Shown here piece by piece: positions 24,038 to 37,159 of a stretch of 64,000 nt of DNA. This stretch comes from Octopus bimaculoides (Eukaryota), in assembly GCF_001194135.2 (NCBI RefSeq), contig NC_068993.1, forward strand, positions 45,311,964 through 45,375,963. Reading direction: 5' to 3'. Position numbers and translations under genes: made by a program. Numbering within the stretch: the first letter of the stretch is position 1; every line of letters begins with the position of its first letter. The notes below the pieces were generated by a model. That model saw only the letters and a program-made list of their open reading frames with translations, was not told the DNA's origin and searched no databases.

Positions 24038-24069
24038 CACGTGGTTCCGGTAAAGTAGGCGGCCATTTG
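24038..24069 (-). promoter_or_regulatory. Candidate promoter motif cluster (E-box, ETS-like, YY1-like)
   Basis: CACGTG 24038-43, TTCCGG 24045-50, GGCGGCCATTTG 24058-69. Motif matches only. Confidence 0.2.
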
Positions 24070-24567
24070 TTTTTCTCTGACAATTTATGTCTCAGACTTC
24101 AGGCAAAATAACACAACATAATTATATATTGTTGTCACTACTGAAGTCCTTATTGTTGTTACAGTTTGTATTGTTATCAATACTACATTTCTTGTTGTTG
24201 CTGTTGTTGTTGGTGGTCTTGAAATTGCTGTTCTAAATTTATTTATAGAAAAGAAAAAATACTGCAGATGTTCTTAGAGTAATTGAGAGTAATGAATTAC
24301 TATAATATAATTCTGTGTTGAATTTCTGTGTTTAGGGTATAGTATTATAAAGTATATTATTGTTTAGTAATCTTATGTTGTGTGCTACAGGTGAATAACG
24401 GCATGTTGTAGTGCTGTGCAGTGTATCGGTGTGATGACGTGTTTTATCGTGTAGTGGTGTTGTGAAAGGCACTTATAATGTATTAGTGCAAGTCAATGTT
24501 GTGAGATGCATAAGTGTAAAATAGTGGTGTGGAGTGTTTTTGTGTGGTGTAATGTTGTGTACCGTGT

Positions 24568-24785
24568 GAAGGCGGTAAGCTGGCAGAATGGTTAGCACGA
24601 CGGGTGAAATGGTTAGCTGCATTTCGTCCGTCTTTACGTTCTGAGTTCGAATTCAGCTGAGGTTGACTCTGCCTTTCATCCTTCGGGGTCGATAAAATAA
24701 GTAGCAGTTGAACCACTGGGGTGAATGTAATCAACTTAACTCCTTCTCCGCAATTGCTAGCCTTGTGCCAAAATATGAAACCAAT
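24568..24785 (+). mobile_element. SINE family A, near full length
   Basis: gaaggcggtaagctggcagaatggttagcac (A-box-like), gagttcgaattc (B-box-like), core and gccttgtgccaaaa tail. Confidence 0.9.
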
Positions 24786-25322
24786 ACTGTGTACCGTGTA
24801 AACCAAGGAACATCTATCTATCTATCTATCTATCTGTTTGTCTGTCTATCTATATTTCTTTCTTTCTTTCTTTCTTTCTATCTTTCTTTCTGCCATGACG
24901 TTGGATGCACGAGCGTTTCTGTTTTTCAAACTTCTCTTCACTGTTCTATTCTCTCCATGCCTTTCCTCTTCTTTCAGAAGAAGAGTGTATATACTCGAAA
25001 TGTTAAAAGCAATTTCCTTCATCTTTCTCATTTTCTGAGCGTCAAACTAGTACTAACTCAGCGTTTACTGTTTACCTTGCCTTCGTATTGCATCATTAAT
25101 CTTTGCACTATATATATATATAATTCAATAATAGGATAAAATCTTTGTAAGAATTTATCAAGTAGTTAGCGTGAAAAAACCTCACAAGGGAAAAATCCAT
25201 AATTTATTCCCTATAAATATTTATTTATATAATGCCCTTATATAAATAAATATAATGCCCTTATATAAATAGATATATATATCTATGTATGTATGTATGT
25301 ATGTGAGTGTGTGAGTGTGTAT

Positions 25323-25354
<32 letters not shown>

Positions 25355-25546
25355 TTGAAGTTCCGTTATCTTTATTAAGTATATTCCCATTTCCATATAA
25401 GTCACTTATATCTAATGAAAACATAATGACTAGAAAAACAACAAAGAAGACAACGTGGTTACTATTTTTAGATTTACGATTTGGTATTTTGGAGCTTAAG
25501 GCTCTTCTCGGAAATTTAAACAGGAAGAAAAATGTAAAGAAAAGAA

Positions 25547-25624
25547 ACGGAAGTAATTGAGAAATAAGTGTTTATCGGCGTTAACTCAAGCTGAAAATGG
25601 CTGCAGGACGAATGACCGGAAGTG
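25547..25624 (+). promoter_or_regulatory. Candidate promoter motif cluster (ETS x2, YY1-like)
   Basis: ACGGAAGT 25547-54, AAAATGGCTG 25594-603, ACCGGAAGTG 25615-24. Motif matches only. Confidence 0.25.
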
Positions 25625-25708
25625 AAAGAGAAAGAAAGTGGTTTCTTTCGTTCGAGAGCAACAGAGACGCTAACTGTAGGTCGGCAGCATGCACAATCAT
25701 GTATGCGC

Positions 25709-25750
<42 letters not shown>

Positions 25751-26058
25751 TAATCAGCGGCGAATATTTAGGATTGAATATTTATATAAATATTAATATT
25801 GCTGTTATCATCGAAGGCAAAATAAATAGTTGATAATAACAGCAACATTAATATAGGTGGTTGCATTATATATCAATAGAATTAAAATTGTATTAATCAT
25901 AAGGACGAGCTTATACGTCTACCTGCTAAAAATGAGAGCTAAAACTCACATTTAAACCACCAAAATAACACTGAAAAGAATCACAGAAGTGCGTCCTTAT
26001 GATTAATACACACACACACACACACACACACACATAGGTATCTACATATTTACCTATG

Positions 26059-26094
<36 letters not shown>

Positions 26095-26498
26095 TGTATG
26101 TATGTATGTATGTATGTATGCATGCATGTGTGCGTGTGTGTATGTATGGATGTATTTATGTATGTATGTATGTATGTATGTGAGCCAGCCTATTGTATAT
26201 GGATGTGTGTATGATATGTATGATGTATGTGCCTACTTGTTGTGTGTGCGTGCCGCTTTGTTGTACGTACGTACGCACGTTAGTGATTGACTTAGAAGTA
26301 ATGTATGCATGTGCACGCGTGTGTGTGTATATGTGTGTGTGTGTACGCGCATGTTGGGCTGGCGACATCTATTTCGATGTCTCTGTACGTGCATGTTATA
26401 TTAGGTTTTGATGGGTGAATGAGTTCCTACCGTCGAATACCAAGACCTCGGGAGAACTGCAGTTGTAGTGAACTACATTGTATTGTTATTGCTTATAC

Positions 26499-26565
<67 letters not shown>

Positions 26566-27255
26566 AATGTTTCAATAAAAAATGGGTAAACGTGGCAAGA
26601 ATGGTAAGTACAAAAGACGGCACCACTTTAGGCATAAACATGTAAGAAAAAGGGACAAAGAGAGAAAAGGTACTTACTTTCATGTACCTTTAAAAAAAAG
26701 CCTGAGGTGACCGTGGCTTTTCTCTCCACGGATAAACCTAATCTGTTCCCCCACCTTTTACATTGACTGTGATACACGATCCCTATTGATCGGCTTTCCC
26801 CACTTTTTTTTTCTTCACGATCCCTTTTGATCGAAATTCTACCAACCTTCCCTTTTTTTGTCCCCCAAAAGAAAAGCTCTACATTGTATTTTGTCCATTT
26901 TCTGTATTTTGCCCTGTGTGGCCATAATAAAAAGATATCTATAAATATACCATATAATGCACAAACACACACATATATATGTATATATATAATTAACACA
27001 GAGATATCTCAAAAGCAAATAGCCAGTTCTCATTAGGCCGTTTTGTTACTGCGGATACTACTCACTAGTCCGATACCAAAACAGACTAAATCATTATAAA
27101 CTGCTCCGGGCATATTTACTAAGTACCAGACTGAGGATTTAAATGCATCAACTGATATTATTTTGCTTCTAGAAATATATCTTTCAAAAATAATTGTGTC
27201 GATCCACTATTGAGATGTCTGTATACATACATACATACATACATACATACATACA

Positions 27256-27286
<31 letters not shown>

Positions 27287-27386
27287 TTACTTACATACAT
27301 AGATACATATTTACTTACATACATAGATACATATTTACTTACATACATACCTACATGTATATATATATATTTATACATACACATAC

Positions 27387-27418
<32 letters not shown>

Positions 27419-27464
27419 AGATACACATGAATATACATATACACACCTAGATATTTATACAAAG

Positions 27465-27683
27465 GAATGGGTTGCTGAAAAGTTCCTTTCTTTGGATAAA
27501 AGAAAATAGAGGAGGATCATCAATTAATTATAATTTTATTCATCATATTCTCCTCTCAGATTCACACACCCATTCCAGCGGCGCTTAAGCTTTTCTATGC
27601 CCTGTAAAAAGAACTCGGAAGGTTGGGTCTCCAACCAAACCTTTCACGAGACCCTTAAAGTGAGGATCTTTTCAGCACCCAAC
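27465..27683. mobile_element. Mariner-type MITE (same family as 30788-30994)
   Basis: TIR-like gggttgctgaaaagttcc ... ggatcttttcagcaccc, followed by TA; interior aligns with the 30.8 kb copy. Confidence 0.75.
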
Positions 27684-27725
<42 letters not shown>

Positions 27726-28000
27726 CANNNNNNNNNNNNNNNNNNNNNNNNNNNNNNNNNNNNNNNNNNNNNNNNNNNNNNNNNNNNNNNNNNNNNNNNN
27801 NNNNNNNNNNNNNNNNNNNNNNNNNNNNNNNNNNNNNNNNNNNNNNNNNNNNNNNNNNNNNNNNNNNNNNNNNNNNNNNNNNNNNNNNNNNNNNNNNNNN
27901 NNNNNNNNNNNNNNNNNNNNNNNNNNNNNNNNNNNNNNNNNNNNNNNNNNNNNNNNNNNNNNNNNNNNNNNNATATATACATACACAAATAGATACATAC

Positions 28001-28085
<85 letters not shown>

Positions 28086-28629
28086 CATACATACACACAC
28101 ACAAATACACATAAAAATATATACACATACATGCATACACACAGTACACACACACACACACATATACGTATATATATATTCATGCACACACATATCCACA
28201 CAAATATATTAATATCTTAACAGAGTGATATGTGTGTATGTATCTGAGTGTGTGTGTATGTGAATGTGTGTCCGTGTGTATGCATGTATGTATGAGCGCG
28301 CATATATGTATATGTATATATATATACTGATTATAAGGTTAAACCCTATTGGGAAGATCGTCATATGCAGAGCTGACAATTCTAGAGATCAATGACTCTC
28401 CTTCGCCAAACCTTTAAGCCTGTATCAACTTGTTTATATTTATTAGTACAGTAAGGGAAAGATAAAAGGTGTTTATAAGTGGTTGGAAAATATCTGAAGA
28501 GCATAATAAAACAAAGAAAAATATTATATAAAATAAAAGAGAAAGTAAAAACTGACGCGTGCTGAAGACGGCTAATCAACTGTGAGAAGTGTACCATATG
28601 TTATAAACATATAAGAGAGATATTAAATA

Positions 28630-30514
28630 TCTATCTTGTACATATAAAGCACGTTATCTGTTTGTTCGTCTGTTTGTGTCAAGTTGCCCTCTACACCCGC
28701 TAACGAATTTTCGTGAAACTTTGCAAACGTGCTAAAGTAACATCCAGTTTGTTACTAGGCTCATTGAAGTTTAATAAAAATCCATAATTGGATGGCTAGG
28801 GCCCCTAGAAGGGATCCATATATATAACCAATATATTTTCCTTTAACAGCCAAGTAAATTAACCCATTTATTTTCCTAGCCAAGAGAAATCACCCGTTCA
28901 TTTTCCTAAATGAAAAAATGTTTAATAAATACTTCTCTGTTTAATAAATAAGCTGTAACAAAACGTGTGGAATACATTTTCGTTTGCAAACCAGGTAGCA
29001 CTAGAATCGAAATCAAATCGTCAATAAATAGTATTGTCCTAAACAATAGGTCCACTTATTTCGGTTAGTGTCTTATTCACAAATATTCCATGAATGACAG
29101 TGCCTTTCATGTCACTTCAGCCAATTGAAAAGCGCTGCATGAAGAACTGTTCTGCTTTTAGAAAAATGCACTGTCATCACAAATGTCACACCCTGTTTAC
29201 ATCTAGGACACCTTCTTAATTTATATTGATAGATGTGTTAATGTTTTGTAGCGATGTAATCTATGTAACAACCAACCACACAAGCAGACAGAAATCGCCA
29301 TTTATCTATCAATAACATTGCAATCTGCACTGTCCTCAAACATTTCACACGCTGTTAACATGCCGGAACATTTTCTTAATTCGTGTTGATAGCTATGCTG
29401 ATGTTTTCTTAAGATGTACCCTTTACTTTTTCTTTAACGGCGAAAGGAAAATAACCCATTTAAAATCCCTTATTTTTCTTTTCCGCCCACTGGTCATCTG
29501 CACTGTCATAAAGGTCACACGCTGTTTACACGTAGGAACACTTTCTTAAAAAAGATCAAATCTGAGTTCTCGACCTTCGAGCACACGAAAACTGCGGCAA
29601 AGCGTTCAGCAAGAGATCCACTTATTTCGGTTAGTGACTTATTCACGAATATGCAATGAATGACGATACTTTTCATGTCACTTCAGCCAATTGACAGGCG
29701 TTGCATGAAGAACTATTCTGCTTTTAGACAAATGTGCTGTCTGGAACCCCTTAATTTATATTGATAGATGTGTTAATATTTTGTAACGATGTACTCTATG
29801 TAACAAACCAACCACACAAGTAGACGGAAATCGCCATTCATCTATCAATAACATTGCAATCTGCACTGTATTCATACAGTTCATACGCTGTTTACATGTA
29901 GGAACATTTTCCTAATTCATATTGATAGTTGTGTTGATGTTATAAGTGTTGTAAACGTATTGATAACCTACATGTTATTTTATTTTAAAATCTATATGCA
30001 AATTTATTTGTGCGTCTGCTGTAAAATTAAATGTCAGTCTGTTTCTACATTCATTGTAAATCGATTTCAACACTAGCGCCACTGAGGGTAATATTCTCTG
30101 GCAACGCATAAAAGCCTTTTTCAGAGTTATTTACTTTGAATTATTTTCATCTCATATCAGACTATCCTGTTATTACGTAACACGCTTCACGATTTTGTCA
30201 TTTCCTCCTAAGTTCTAATACTCTGGGAACGCATTAAAGCTCTTTTCGGAGCTACTTTATTTGAATTCTTACTATCGGTAACTAATTTCATGTTATTACG
30301 TAACTGACTTCACGATTTGGGTATTCATCACTTATTGGGATTTCCTAAAAACAAGATCCTATGTATGACATTTCAGTATTCTCTGTAAATGCACACAAAC
30401 CGTTTTAAGGGCTACATAATTTGTAGCGTTGTTATTGGATTAGCGAAACAATTATGAGAACGGAACCAAGGGATAAGCCCAGCTTTTCCGGGAATTACCG
30501 GGTACGTCAGCTAG
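28630..30514 (+). mobile_element. Non-autonomous Helitron with internal duplications
   Basis: A|TC 5' end at 28630; 3' hairpin ccgg-gaatta-ccgg, then CTAG|T at 30511-15; no TSD. Internal repeats at ~29052-29403 and ~29618-29941. Confidence 0.75.
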
Positions 30515-30787
30515 TATTATAGCTATTCTCTTTGTCATCCAGCGAATGTAAGTGCTCGAGTATTAGGATTTCATGTTTTGTAATTGCTCCGAGTTACATG
30601 GCTACTCAGAGATAGTCTTCTCAAATAAAGAGTGGCTGCCTGTCTATCTATCTTATGTATATATGTGTGTGTGAGAGAGTGTGTATCTGTGTGTCTGTGT
30701 ATGCATATATGTATTCATATTCATAGAAACACACACACGTGTATGTTTAAATAGTTATATGTATATACATATGTATACGTATATATA

Positions 30788-30990
30788 CGGGGGAGTGCTG
30801 AAAAGTTCATGGCTTTGTGGGAAAGGGAAGACTAGTTAATTATGATCTTATTCAATATATTCTCCGCTCAGACACACACTTATTGAAGCGGTCCTTGAGT
30901 TTTTCTAAGCCGTATAAAAGAACGCAGAAGATTGAGTTCTCAGTCAGGCCTTTCGCGACACCCTTAAAGTCAGGAACTTTTCAGTCCACC

Positions 30991-30994
<4 letters not shown>
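30788..30994. mobile_element. Mariner-type MITE, 207 bp
   Basis: TA|cgggggagtgctgaaaagttcatggcttt ... aaagtcaggaacttttcagtccaccctga|TA. Confidence 0.8.
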
Positions 30995-31028
<34 letters not shown>

Positions 31029-31623
31029 NNNNNNNNNNNNNNNNNNNNNNNNNNNNNNNNNNNNNNNNNNNNNNNNNNNNNNNNNNNNNNNNNNNNNNNN
31101 NNNNNNNNNNNNNNNNNNNNNNNNNNNNNNNNNNNNNNNNNNNNNNNNNNNNNNNNNNNNNNNNNNNNNNNNNNNNNNNNNNNNNNNNNNNNNNNNNNNN
31201 NGAAATTCTCAGTCATTCTCTCCTTCTCTCCTTCTCTCTCCCTGTCTCTCCATACCTCTCTCCCTCTCTCTCCCCTCTTCCTTCCCCCTCCCCTTCCCCT
31301 CGCTCCGTCTTTGCTTTGCTATCGATATTAACTGTTACATTCTTCAATTATATATAATGATCCCTTTCTTTGCAGTTGCCAAGTCAATCATTACATACTT
31401 TAATACAATTCTTGCTTGAGAATTCTGGAGACAGATGAAAATTCAATCCATGGGACAAAAGACCATTTGAATCAACCAGTTTTAATCTAACGGAAATACA
31501 CGTTAATTATATTGTGTTCATGTTGCATTCGGAAGGAAATAGCGTGACGCACATCACACACACAATTCTATATGCGTGTAAATGTGTAGACTATATGTGT
31601 GTACGCATGTCTGTGTAAGTGTG

Positions 31624-31669
<46 letters not shown>

Positions 31670-32104
31670 GAGGGTAAATGGTAAAGCAAGATCGAGCATT
31701 GAGGATGATATGAATATCTGGCTATGAGTCATGGCATTTGACTCGACAAAGCTCGTACTCTTATGAAGGAATTTTGTCACCTACATCGGTGGGTCGCCCC
31801 ACGCAGCTCTGGTGTCGTGGTGGAAGGGGCCAAAATATCTTCAGAGCTGCTTCACCGCTTGATGAGATATTTATTTTTGTATTCGGAAGTAGCGTATAAC
31901 TGGTCCCTCAGCACACGTGTTTACCCTAACAATATATTTTGTAAATATATTTTGACGCAGATGTTCTAAAGGGGCAATAATAACTCTCGTTTCACGTGAA
32001 GGTATATAAGTCCCCTCCCTGCTGTTGTTACGTTTCCAGGTGGGCTAAGTTGATATCTAGTGTGAATGAACCGTTGAGAGCGTCTTTAGTCTGTGGGTTT
32101 CTGA

Positions 32105-32290
32105 ACGAACAAGCGAGCTTCTATTTGGTTACTCAATCTTTTCGAAATAGCAGGCAAATATTCCTCAAATTATAATCCATCGGAATCTTCTAAACCGGAA
32201 GTATATGCTATTAAGCATTGGCCTGCTCATTCAGAGCTGATCTGGGGGCTAAACAGCTGCATCAGCAACAACAGCAACAACAACAACATG
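32105..32290 (+). mobile_element. Retroposon 3'-tail family D
   Basis: gaaatagcaggcaaatattcctcaaatt ... gatctgggggctaaac followed by an (AAC)n tail. Confidence 0.5.
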
Positions 32291-32769
32291 GTTGAATTGA
32301 ATCTATGTGGGATGTAACATCGGGCCCATAAACACGAAAAAACGACAGCTGTGGATTTGAACTGAGAATCTCTGAACCGGTAGTTAATTACTTAATACAT
32401 AGTGCTGTATTTACATAGTGGTCAGTATTAAATGTTTTAGTTCATAAATATGAACAATGAAACTTTCGATTCGATATTCCGAATCCTATCGATTGATCTA
32501 CTAACTTCCTTACCTTCACAAATATAAACATTTATCATGACAATACCCCTGTATCTATAATTGAACGAGCCGTTATTTTCTCAACAAACATGGTGTCGCT
32601 TTGAATCTATTGATCTCTTCTCTAGTGGTATTGATGTGATTAGCTTTTCTTATAATCATCCGTATTGTATCGTCTAATAACAGTAAAGACTTTGCCGTCG
32701 TGATCGTGAATGAATGACAGTTTAACGACAATATAGCCTGAAACTGCAAACAAGCATGTACATGAGCCA

Positions 32770-32890
32770 GCAAGAGAGAAATTACTCTATGTGGTCGCTC
32801 AACGTGCAAGAAACAGCAGCTAAGTCTCCCTCAGATCACTCCATAAGGAAAGTCACACTAAATAATGTAGTCCTAGACATCCGTAAAACG
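32770..32890 (+). mobile_element. Retroposon family D fragment
   Basis: tgtggtcgctcaacgtgcaagaaacagcagctaagtctccctcagatcac. Confidence 0.5.
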
Positions 32891-33081
32891 AATCGACATA
32901 GATAAAATACTTTGATTATAGGTGTTCTTCATTCGAGATTACGCTGAGTTAAATGTGAAGCTTTCTGGTCTTTTAATCTCTGACGAGATGTTTAAGCGTG
33001 CCAGCCACTTCTTTTCCCTGGCGCATAGTTTCTCTGTTGTGCTTCCTATTAGTCGTAAGTTCCTTTTATTCAAATGAAGCC

Positions 33082-33310
33082 AACGAGAAAGTCTGTACGT
33101 AGTCTCTTTACTTGCTAGAAAAAAACAGCCAATTATTGATCAAATCACAAACTGTCATTTCATAAAAGCAAGAAGACAAGATATGTTGTGTTAGATATAC
33201 TGTGTTCGAAAAGAAATGAGGACTGGTCATGGCTGAAGCTGCTTTGGTGATAGGCTTTGCTCTATCAGGATGGGCCTGTGGTTAACAGTAACAGTAACAA
33301 TAACAATAAC
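33082..33310 (+). mobile_element. Retroposon family D, diverged
   Basis: cttgctagaaaaaaacagccaa...tcaaatcac...ggtcatggctg... followed by an (AACAGT/AACAAT)n tail. Confidence 0.45.
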
Positions 33311-33337
33311 ATGTAAGGACAAAAAGCAGTATAATCT

Positions 33338-33531
33338 TTTCTACTTTTCTACTCTAGGCACAAGGCCCGAAATTTTTGGAGAGGGGGGCCAGTCGATTAG
33401 ATCGACTCCAGTACGCAACTGATACTTAATTTATCGATCCCGAAAGGATGAAAGGCAAAGTCGACCCCAGCGGAATTTGAACTCAGAACGTAAAGACAAA
33501 CGAAATACCGCTAAGCATTTCGTCCGGCGTC
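33338..33531 (-). mobile_element. SINE family A (5'-truncated)
   Basis: Reverse complement of the core: cgatcccgaaaggatgaaaggcaaagtcgacc...gaatttgaactcagaacgt. Confidence 0.9.
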
Positions 33532-34626
33532 AAAAAGCAGTATAGTGAATCACTTCTCAATGAAACTGTGCCTCCAATGGTGAGAAATTTTCTTTTGTTT
33601 AAAGTTAACTGAACTAGGTCAGTGAAAGATTGAATAACTTGAATTACGAACAGTGGGTATTGATATTTCAGTGTTTCATATATAACATAAGAATTCTAAC
33701 TGTTGGTCCTTCTTCAATAAAACATCCTTTCGTCTTATGTACTGGATTCTTGGAGTTCCATTTCAATGAATTGACTACTGAAATTCTGAGGAACTTTGAC
33801 GATAAAAAGATGATTTTGTATAAGGGGACACACCTATCGTATATCATTACACTACACTACCCCACCTCCACACTAAACATATTTACTCCTTCCTCTTCTA
33901 CTTTCTTCAGTTCTTCATCCATTCCAACTGATCATTATGATTCTACGAACAACAAATCTGCAACCGTTGGCATAACGCATCACCCATATAAATCAAGACC
34001 AACCAAACACATCACCAAAGAAGTGAGGCAAAGAATTTTTATTAATTAAATTTGCACCCTTAATGAAGGAAACCAACCCTTGTTAACGTCTAATTTTGAT
34101 GAAGAATATCGAGAGAGACAACCTTCGGAGTTAAAGTTAATTGAATTTAATTAGAAATAGAGTACCAAAATAGAATTTAATTAAAAATGGAATACTTTTG
34201 CAGATTTTGAATTTCAATTCACACAAAATTTAACACGATTTTATTTCGTGAATTTGCTAATCATTCCAGAAAACAATATAGCTTTTTTTTCTCGCCTGCT
34301 ACAAAATGAGCAACCCCTAATAGTCAATATTCTCTAGAAAAATTATATCAAATACAAATATTCAAGGAATCCTGCACCGATAGTTTATAGAAATAACAGT
34401 TAATCTAATCAGCAACATATTAGTTACTATAATTGATTATGTGTTGGGCAATAAACTCATTCCCTGAAACCAAGCAATTAATGGAACAAACTTCGCAACT
34501 AATTCTTGTTCTGGAATTTCGCTGTCTTCTTCAACAGAAACAGTTCATTCTATATAGCTACTCTTCACTTTAGCTGTCAGAAATAGGTAGCGCACAATAT
34601 TAAAAAAAAATTATTTAAATGTTTAT

Positions 34627-34711
34627 CTTGAATTCAGAATGTAAATAACCAGATGAAATGACGCTAAGCATTTTATGAGGTATGTTAACGATTCTACCTG
34701 CTCACCATCTT
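34627..34711 (-). mobile_element. SINE family A head fragment
   Basis: tgaattcagaatgtaaa...cgctaagcattt...taacgattctacctgctcaccatctt. Confidence 0.6.
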
Positions 34712-34779
34712 AAAGTACTATCTGGAGAATGTCAGCTACGACAGATGGGCATCATATCCATGGGTGTGCAGATGTTCAG

Positions 34780-35160
34780 CGGAGGCGCAATGGCGCAGTG
34801 GTTAGGGCAGCGGACTCGCGGTGATAGGATCGCGGTTTCGATTCCCAGACCGGGCGTTGTGAGTGTTTATTGAGCGAGAACACCTAAAGCTCCACGAGGC
34901 TCCGGCAGGGGATGGTGGCGAACCCTGCTGTACTCTTTCACCACAACTTTCTCTTACTCTTACTTCCTGTTTCTGTTGTACCTGTAATTCAAAGGGTCAG
35001 CCTTGTCACACTGTGTCACGCTGAATATCCCCGAGAACTACGTTAAGGGTACACGTGTGTGTGGAGTGCTCAGCCACTTGCATGTTAATTTCACGAGCAG
35101 GCTGTTCCGCTAATCGGATCAACTGGAACCCTCGACGTCGTAAGCGACGGAGTGCCAACA
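34780..35160 (+). mobile_element. tRNA-derived SINE family B, full length
   Basis: A box tggcgcagtgg, B box ggtttcgattcc, ~380 bp; aligns end to end with 62950-63326 (-). Confidence 0.9.
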
Positions 35161-35360
35161 GAGGAAGATGTTTATTACGCCGCAACTGTTTTACGTCATT
35201 GAATTAGAACTGAAACAACCAAGCCAGCTTTCAAGTCCCATTCTGCACACTTAGAGACGTCTTCTCTTATTTTTTCGAAAGATTGAAAGTAAGAACACAA
35301 ATCGAAAAATATGCCTCGAGGCAAATGTTACTGTTTCTGTTCCTAAAACATTTATAAATA

Positions 35361-35511
35361 GGCATGTGAGTGTGGGTTTAGAAGCGCGCTTTGCAACCAC
35401 GTTGTTTCAGGTTCATTCTGGTTGAGTGGCACTTTGGGCAAGTATCTTCTACTACAACCCCGGGTCAGTCAAATGCTTTGCGAATTTGATAGAGAAAAAC
35501 TGCTTCATGGT

Positions 35512-35596
<85 letters not shown>

Positions 35597-35825
35597 CATT
35601 CACACACACACGAACGCACATATACACATACACACATGCGTATATATGCATGCGTGTGAATGTTTGTGTCTACTTATCTCACCACAACTTAACAACCAGT
35701 GTTAGCTCGTGTATGTCCCTGTAAATTAGTGGTTCGGCAAAAGGGACCGATAGAATAAGTAGCAATCTTAAAAAGACCCCCTCCACCACGAAAAACAAAT
35801 AAAAAATCATAAGTACTGGGGCCGT
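35361..35825 (+). mobile_element. SINE family C with internal (CT)n/(CA)n
   Basis: ctttgggcaagtatcttctactac and ggttcggcaaaagggaccgatagaataagta match the 17.1-17.6 kb copy. Confidence 0.75.
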
Positions 35826-36953
35826 GTGTGTGAGCGCGTATGCGTATTTTTGTGTTGGTTCCCTTACCGTTTGATAACTGGTGTTAGTTTGTTTACTTCC
35901 TCGCAAAGACAAAACAACAAAACTAAAAATACGGTTCGGCAAAAGGCACAGATAGAAATAGGTAATTACAGGGATCCACTAATTCGATTAAACCAATTAC
36001 AGGGCAACTTCTTTTTCGAGGAGTGGGTCCCATGAGACGTGGCACATCATCAGACGGGTTGCCTATCAAAAAATAGGAAAAAAAAAAAAAGAATCAAGGT
36101 AGTTTTTCGTTTGATGTACCATTCAGAAAGTGTCGCGGGTAGCAATTTGTCCATGACTGCAGTAAACACTTCAGGACGGTGACCCAGCAAGTCAAATGGA
36201 AAGAAAGAAAATAAGGACCTTCACTGTGCAGTCAGTATTTTTAGGACTGTCCCATCTTGATTTACATTATAAATAATATCTTTCGCTTTTAAGAGGGCAG
36301 GGTATGAGTGGAGTTTAAATATAGCTGTCATTTTAACAGGTCAACCAAACACTTAAAGATATTATTTTGGCTCCTGCTGTTCTATCGATCTGCTGCAATA
36401 CAAATATATACAATTTCTAGTAAAGAAAAAAAAAAGACGCAAACAAACCCCAAGCAACAACATAAAAAAATAATAAACAAAACAAAACAAAAACAAGGCT
36501 AAATATGAAAAATGATATGAAAAAAGCCCTTCGAAAGCAAAACAGAAGCTTTAGTAAAACGTTGAGTGTCTTCGTTGTTGAAAAATACAATTAATCGGAA
36601 GTTAGTGCCATATTCAGTTAAGCAGGGAAGAAAATGCGTGTGTTGTTCTGACAAAAACTATGACGTAATAAGGTATTCTCAACCACATACATGCAGAAGC
36701 ATTTGAACACATATAGACATACTGATGAGTACGGCTACATACACACGATATTTCGATATTACATATGAAATAATTTTGTCTAATGTGTGTGTGTGCACGT
36801 GTGCGTGTGCATGTGTGTGCACATTTATAGTAGTTATAGTCTATGTGTATATCTAACTATACATAAATAAATATAGATACATATATAGACTATGCAGTCG
36901 AAAGGTGAGAGCTAGAGATGCAAAATATAGAAAACATGCAGCAGTGCTCAAGT

Positions 36954-37038
36954 TTAAACTCCGAATTCTTTATCGAGGACTACACCCACGGGGGTAAAGA
37001 GTGGCTCTCTACACCTCGTTAAAGATTTAGGAGTTTAA
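36954..37038. other. Hairpin, 22/25 bp stem, 35-nt loop
   Basis: ttaaactccgaattctttatcgagg pairs with cctcgttaaagatttaggagtttaa. Confidence 0.8.
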
Positions 37039-37103
37039 GTTCAAATCACCTGAGCATTTGCACACTATATGTATCTATTATATAGTATATGAATTTATAT
37101 GTA

Positions 37104-37159
<56 letters not shown>

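Noticed and set aside
26595-26800. Perfect GTAAGT donors on both strands (26604 plus, 26677 minus)
   Set aside because: Hexamers are expected by chance in 64 kb, and the adjacent frames encode nothing recognisable.
34780-34860. tRNA gene
   Set aside because: A and B boxes are present, but the sequence continues into a 300-bp body shared with 62950-63326; it is a SINE head.
36722-36742. CTGATGA gta-cggc-tac
   Set aside because: Helix II is followed by ATAC rather than GAAA; no helix I or III.
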